Positions 63,340-64,000 of a stretch of 64,000 nt of DNA are shown here, one piece after another. Positions within the stretch are counted from its first letter, which is position 1. The number at the start of each line of letters is the position of its first letter. A program made the position numbers and the translations under genes. Origin of the DNA: Psammoneis japonica. Its lineage: Eukaryota. The DNA is taken from assembly GCA_008632985.1 (NCBI GenBank), contig QPGO01000101.1:186001-250000 (forward strand), in the 5' to 3' direction. The notes beneath the pieces are model-generated. The model did not search any database, had not been told where the DNA came from, and saw nothing but the letters and a program-made list of their open reading frames with translations.

Positions 63340-64000
63340 ACTCGACCATCAATGATCGAAAACAATGGATCTCATGGGGTCACGCATGTTGCTTTTTGGT
63401 GGATTGACAAATCCAGGGACTTTGGATTAGCCACATCACTTGGTGTGGGTGTGGAGTTGCCATTCAACCACACTTTTTTCTGCATCTCTGACAGTTGTCA
63501 CCATGGTTCACTCTGTTTCTCTTTGTGGGGCGGCGCTTGTGCATTGCTCGGCAGCAGCACGGGCGCAGTGGTCTGTGCCCCCCCCTGTGCAAGTGTGGGC
63601 TTTCTTCCACAAATCTGCTTTTCCATCAGAAGACTGACACAGAAGCAGTGTGCGAGCCAATGAGAGCACCGCACAAGCTGCAGCAAGCTTGCTCCGCCCC
63701 TTGCAGAGCTGTCCAGCCAGAGCTCCAATTCCGGATTCCCTTGACATTGGTTGCTTCAGGCTCAATGCCTTGCACTTCTGGCTTGCGCCACAGTCATCCA
63801 GAGAGCTGGTCAAAGAGTGCATCAGATGCCGGAGGACAGCAATCAACAACCCATCAAAAAAATGGCTCCGCACAGAGATGAGAAAGTCCTCACACCGCTG
63901 TGTTTGTGCTGCAGAAAAAATGTGGCACAAAACAACCAGCACACACAGCTGTGACTGGCCTTGTGCAGAGTGGGAGGAATTTGATGGCTTTGGAGGCTGT
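63340..64000. other. Start of another TpA-depleted repeat block
   Basis: No TpA seen after about 63430; no recognisable ORF. Confidence 0.55.

Noticed and set aside
1..64000. Hundreds of overlapping Cys/His-rich ORFs on both strands in repeat blocks (e.g. 5392-6294, 7334-8560, 9719-10483)
   Set aside because: Expected by-product of losing TAA/TAG stops and of TG/CA enrichment; they are antisense or off-frame to TE genes, not metal-binding proteins.

Overview
Eukaryotic DNA, most likely a pennate diatom (CoDi-type copia element, signal+transit peptides, short GT-AG introns). Gene islands with normal base composition (about 15.6-25.4 kb, 28.5-32 kb, 60.6-63.3 kb) encode a 7TM receptor-like protein, a DegT-family aminotransferase, two sulfotransferase-like paralogs, a large TIR-ankyrin protein with CesT-like domains and a DUF445/EF-hand protein. 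They alternate with transposon blocks: a full-length Ty1/copia (4031-12237, TSD CACTC) and a Helitron RepHel interrupted by a full-length Ty3/gypsy (41550-46703, TSD GAAG). Next to the Helitron is a cluster of DOT1-like, TET/JBP-like and SET-domain ORFs. The dominant signal is that TpA dinucleotides in the repeat blocks have been converted to TpG or CpA. Conserved Tyr becomes Cys/His, paired LTRs differ by reciprocal CA/TG at the same sites, and TAA/TAG stops vanish. This looks like repeat-targeted hypermutation opposite in direction to fungal RIP. Single-base frameshifts in host genes suggest residual long-read indel errors, so the signature needs orthogonal sequence confirmation. All family assignments are by motif recognition, and all counts are manual.
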